Assembly: GCF_963921235.1 (NCBI RefSeq)
Contig: NC_086097.1
Span: forward strand, 54,810,001 to 54,874,000
Direction: 5' to 3'
Source: Mobula hypostoma
Taxonomy: Eukaryota
DNA: 64,000 bases
Shown: in pieces, positions 60,871 through 64,000 of the stretch
Position numbering within the stretch: the stretch's first letter is position 1
Layout: each line of letters starts with the position of its first letter
Notes under the pieces: generated by a model
Database searches by the model: none
What the model saw: the letters and a program-made list of their open reading frames with translations, nothing else
Told to the model about the DNA's origin: nothing
Made by a program: the position numbers and the translations under genes

Positions 60871-62850
60871 ATCATAGAAAAGTACAACACAGAAACAGGC
60901 CCTTCACCCTGTCCAGTCCATACTGAAACATTTCAACTGCCTACTCCCATCAACTTGCACCAGAACCTTAGCCCTCCATTACCCTACCATCTATGTACGT
61001 ATCCAAACTTCTCTTTAATGTTGAAATGGAGCTTGCATGCATCACTTTTGTTGGCAGTTCATTCCACACTCTCACAACCCTCTGGGTGAAGACATTTCTC
61101 CTCATGTTCCCCATAAACTTAGCACCTTTTACCCTTCTCCCTTGTCCTTTAGTTGTAGTTCCACCCAACTTCAATGGAAAAAGCCAGCTTAAATTAACCC
61201 AGTCTATACCATTCAATTTTTTTACACCTCTATCAAACCTCCTCTCAATCTTCTACATTCCATGACTAAAATCTTAAACCTATTCGACCTTTCCTTATAA
61301 TTCATGTTCTCTAGACCCGGCAAATCCTTGTAAATTTTCTCTGTACTCCTTCAACTTCATTTTCATCTTTCCTGTAAGTAGGTGACCAAAACTGCACACA
61401 ATATTCCAAATTAGGCCTCCCAAACATCTTATACCCCTTCAACATAACATCTCATCTCCTGTACTCAATAATTTGATTTATAAAGGCCAATGTGCCAAAA
61501 GCATACTTTACGACCTTATCTACCATCTGACGCCACCCTCAATGAATTATGGACCTGTATTCCCAGATCCTTCCATTCTACCACGCTCCTCAGTGCTCTA
61601 CTGTTCACTGTGTAAGACCTACCCTGGTCGGTCCTACCGAAGTGCACAACGTCACACTTACTTGCATTCAATTCCATCTACCATTTTCCCATCTGGTCCA
61701 GATCTTGCTGCAAGCCACAATAGCCCTCCTCACTGTCCACTACACTCCCAGTCTTGGTGTCATCCGCAAATTTTCTGATCCAGTTTACCACATTATCATC
61801 CAGATCACTGATATAGATGACAAACAACAATTCCTCAAAAAATTCTCTAAGACTGGTTAGACATGACCTAATACACACGAGGCCATGCTGACTACCCATA
61901 ATCAGTCCATGTCTATTCAAATACTTACATATGGTCCCTCAGGATGCCTTCCAATAACTTTCCCACTACTGATGTCAGGCTCACTGGCTTATAACTCCCT
62001 GGTTTAATTTTAGAGTTTTTCCTAAACAGCAGAACATTGGCTATCCTCCAATCCTCTGATACTTCACCTGTCATTAAAAATGATATAAGTATTTTTGCTA
62101 GGGTCCCAGGAATTTCTGCATGCCTCCCATAGGGTCTGAGGGAACAGCTTGTTAGGCCCTGGGGATTTACCCACCCTCATTTGCCTCAGAACAGCAAACT
62201 TGTAATCTGTATAGGGTCCACAAAATTGATGCAGCTTTGCGTTACTTCTATCGACTCTGTGTCTATCTCCTGAGTTGCAAAAAATGTATTTAAGATCTCC
62301 CCATCTCTTTTAGCTCCTCACATGGACTGCCATTCTGATCTTCCAGAGGATCATTTTTGTCCCTCGCAGACCTTTTGCTCTTAACATATCCATAGAATCC
62401 CCTGGGATTCTCCTTCACCTTGTCCGGTAGGTCAACCTCATACTTTCTTATAGCCCTTCTGATTTCTTTCTTAAGTGTTCTCTTGCAATTCTTATATTAC
62501 ATAAGCATCCCATTTGTTCTTACCTGCTACGCACTTCTTATTTTCCTTAACCAGGGCCTTAATAACTCTTGAAAACCTGGTATCTTTATCTTTCATTCAG
62601 ACAGGCACATATAAACTTTGTACTCTCAAAACTTCACTTGTAAAGGCTTCCCACTTACCAAGTACGCATTTGTCAGGAAACAGCCTGTCCCAATCCACAC
62701 TTGCCAGATCCTCTCTGATACCATCAGAATTGGGCTTTCTCCATTTTACAGAGTCAACCAGCAGACAAGACCCTTCTTTTTGCATACGTACTTGGAAACT
62801 AATGGCATTGTGATCATTAGATGCAAAGTGTTCCACTACACAATCTTCTG
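60871..62850 (-). mobile_element. Decayed CR1 LINE with internal deletion
   Basis: HFASNDHNAISF, KFADDTK, VFTQRVVRVWNELP. Confidence 0.88.
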
Positions 62851-62899
62851 TCATTTTGAAGCTTTCTACGATTAAAAACAGCAGGAACCTTTTTATGTT

Positions 62900-63695
62900 T
62901 AAGAAAAACTGTGATAATTTGTTTATCATACTCCAAAAACTGAACACAAATGCACGGTAAACTGTACTTTATGAAATTATGTCATCATGTCAGACTAGTC
63001 TCTTTAAGTGAACCCCAACTCATTGTTGGTGGATGTGAATTATGTACACTTCCATCAATTATGTTAAGCTACACAAAACTCACATGCTATGGGACATACA
63101 CTTGACAGTTGTTGTGGGGAACTTACAGGAGGAGCAGGGTAATGACTCAAAGTCTGTGACATCCACAAGCTGGCAGTCCTTAAGATTGACTAATAGTCCT
63201 TGGGCACACAGGAAATCTGCACTGACTAGAGGTCTAGCCACTTTAGCCAGGATGGTTCCATGTGTAACGTCACCTACTGAAACAGAGCATCACCCACTGT
63301 GTCCTGCAAGTCTGGATACTGCTGCCTTTGGCGGCTTCCAATGAGGTTTCCTTGCTCTTTGCCTTCTCATTAATAGATGATGCCAGCAGCACACTCACTT
63401 GAGCACCCATGTCATCCTGGAAAGCTGTCTGTAATAAATAGTGGATGTCCCTGGCTGCTGGAATCCATGATGTTCACAAACTTCTGGTGTCCTGATGCAC
63501 TGGCACTGTTGAAGCTGCAAGACGGTTAGCACTTCCCAGCATCTGTACCAAAGCAAGCGTGGTAAAAACACAGGCTTAGTGTCACCTGTTTCGCAGCCGC
63601 GAGCGCCTTCATATTGGAAGCTTTGCCGACCAGGATTATGAGGAAGAGGAATGATGCACTGCTGCCCAGCTAAGTGTAAGCTATCGGCCATTTTA
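62900..63695 (-). mobile_element. Second Gypsy relic (gag end + aspartic protease)
   Basis: Hand translation gives LCFYHACFGTDAGKC and LEAAKGSSIQT..ILAKVARPLVSADFLCAQGLLVNLKDCQLVD. Confidence 0.7.
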
Positions 63696-63699
63696 TTAA

Positions 63700-64000
63700 G
63701 TTCCCTATAGACGATCTCTTGAAATCAGTATTTATAACTCCTGGAAATTCCTGGAACTATTGACTGCGAAAATTATACAACAATCAGTCTTATGAGTCAC
63801 ATAATAAAGATTTTGTTGAGAATTGTTCTGAGTCAAATTAAAAACAAGTTGAGGTCAGAAACTTCTAAACAGCAATATGGGTTTATTGAGGATAGAGGAA
63901 CTAGGAACGCAATTTTCATACTACGAATGCTTTCAGAAAGGGCAATTGAATATCAAAATGATGTCTTTTAATGTTTTATTGATTTCACTAAAGCATTCGA
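63700..64000 (+). mobile_element. RTE-clade LINE RT fragment running off the window
   Basis: DCENYTTISLMSHIIKILLRIVL..QYGFIEDRGTRNAIFILRMLSERAIE. Confidence 0.88.

Noticed and set aside
63110..63360. Host exon suggested by a gtaagt donor near 63125
   Set aside because: The region translates as a Gypsy protease relic.

Overview
Eukaryotic, transposon-dense vertebrate DNA. The repeat families (CR1 with esterase ORF1, Penelope, V-SINE-like, Rex1-like) suggest a cartilaginous fish, probably a ray or skate (inference). Host genes: a complete 7-coding-exon, 310-aa organic solute transporter alpha (SLC51A/OST-alpha)-like gene on the minus strand (1664-19870), assembled by hand with consistent GT-AG sites and phases. 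There is also a probable last exon of a convergent plus-strand gene (171-384) and two probable terminal exons of an unidentified minus-strand gene (51261-52344). Most of the rest is nested mobile DNA: CR1, RTE, L1-clade, Rex1-like, Penelope, Gypsy, Tigger and hAT elements, SINEs, and restriction-like-endonuclease (Hero-like) retrotransposons. The most striking observation is in the 3' UTR of the Hero-like elements. It folds into a hammerhead ribozyme whose core strands are in a non-circularly permuted, pseudoknotted order, and a second, divergent family in this window (14720-14835) supports the fold by covariation. The full-length element carries this ribozyme in a 295-bp direct terminal repeat at both ends, predicting a self-excised 3614-nt unit RNA. 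Element boundaries without target-site duplications are approximate.
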